A DNA stretch of 55,921 nt, from IMG/VR virus record IMGVR_UViG_3300034095_001732, positions 1 to 55,921 of that record. One strand, given 5' to 3'. Numbering within the stretch: position 1 is the first letter of the stretch; each line of letters opens with the position of its first letter. The position numbers and the translations under genes were made by a program. Positions 55,255 to 55,921 of this stretch are shown here, one piece after another. The notes beneath the pieces are model-generated. The model was not told the DNA's origin. It saw nothing but the letters and a program-made list of their open reading frames with translations, and searched no databases. This stretch comes from a virus (Duplodnaviria; Caudoviricetes).

Positions 55255-55921
55255 ATGACCTCGAAAATCAAAATCGAACGCGCCCGCTGGTGGGCGCTCT
55301 CCAACCCGGCCGCCGTGTTTTACGGCAGCCTCGCCACCCACCTCGTCGACGTCCTCGACGAGTCCGTCCCGACCGCTGCCACCGACGGCAAGCGCATCCT
55401 CTGGAACCCCGCGTTTCTGGAGTCGCTCACCGACGAGGAGGTCCGGTTCGTCCTGCTCCACGAGGCCCTGCACTGCGTGTACGGGCACTTCTGGCGCCTG
55501 CCCCTGACCGACGACGGCAACCGCGCCGGCGACTACGCGATCAACCGCATCCTCGCGGGCATCCCCGGCATCTCGATGCCCAAGGGCGGCCTGCTCGACC
55601 CACGCTTCGACGGGCTCGCCGAGGAGGAGATCCTCGCCGCCCTCGGTCGCACGCCGCAGCCCCAGCCGGGCAACGGCAAGCCCTCGCCGCAGCCCGGCAA
55701 GGGCGCCGGCAAGCCGCAGCCCGGCGCCGGCCAGCCCGGCAACGGCAAGCCGCAGCCCGGCAAGGGCGCCGGCAAGCCGCAGCCCGGTGCCTCTGATCCC
55801 GGCGGGTGCGGCGGGTTCATCGCCCCCGACACGACGCCCAACCCGAACGGCCAGACCCTCCGCGAGAAGTGGGAAGGCGCCGTGTTGCAAGGCGAGTTCC
55901 TCGCCAAGTCGCTCGGTCAGG
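55255..55921 (+). CDS. N-terminal part of HExxH metallopeptidase/vWA protein (DUF2201-like), continuing across the join to 699; about 412 aa in total
   Basis: ATG at 55255; TAATDGKRILWNP...VLLHEALHCVYGH (HExxH); Pro/Gly/Gln linker; in frame with position 1. Confidence 0.85.
   Translation, partial: MTSKIKIERARWWALSNPAAVFYGSLATHLVDVLDESVPTAATDGKRILWNPAFLESLTDEEVRFVLLHEALHCVYGHFWRLPLTDDGNRAGDYAINRILAGIPGISMPKGGLLDPRFDGLAEEEILAALGRTPQPQPGNGKPSPQPGKGAGKPQPGAGQPGNGKPQPGKGAGKPQPGASDPGGCGGFIAPDTTPNPNGQTLREKWEGAVLQGEFLAKSLGQ
55795..55921. repeat. Terminal direct repeat, copy 2
   Basis: Identical to 1-127. Confidence 0.95.

Noticed and set aside
53339-55890. Long antisense ORFs (345 aa and 493 aa, and similar ones elsewhere)
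   Set aside because: They are shadow ORFs produced by high GC3 opposite well-supported genes.

Overview
The window is an apparently complete, circular (or terminally redundant) tailed-phage genome of about 55,794 bp. Bases 55795-55921 repeat bases 1-127 exactly, and one gene (HExxH peptidase/vWA) runs in frame across the join. The architecture is podovirus-like. The + strand carries early and replication genes (52880-55921 then 1-15347): a MoxR-like AAA ATPase, a vWA-metallopeptidase, small host-takeover ORFs, a primase-helicase, a Cas4-like nuclease, an SSB, a family A DNA polymerase, a VRR-NUC nuclease, an SNF2 helicase and a lytic transglycosylase. The - strand carries the virion arm (47081 down to 15385): terminase, portal, scaffold, major capsid, tail adaptor/nozzle, fibres, ejection proteins and a 3045-aa polyvalent protein. 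I recognised no integrase, RT, tRNA or CRISPR array. The most interesting signals are non-coding: (1) six bulged hairpins with covarying stems and a conserved WUGCC/UGC core in a ~700-nt leader before the early genes; (2) a dif/cer-like XerCD site flanked symmetrically by two degenerate palindromes; (3) four repeated hairpins covering the scaffold start codon; (4) a 31-bp palindromic divergent promoter shared by TerL and an Arc-like repressor missing from the ORF track. All family assignments come from motif recognition by eye, not from database searches.
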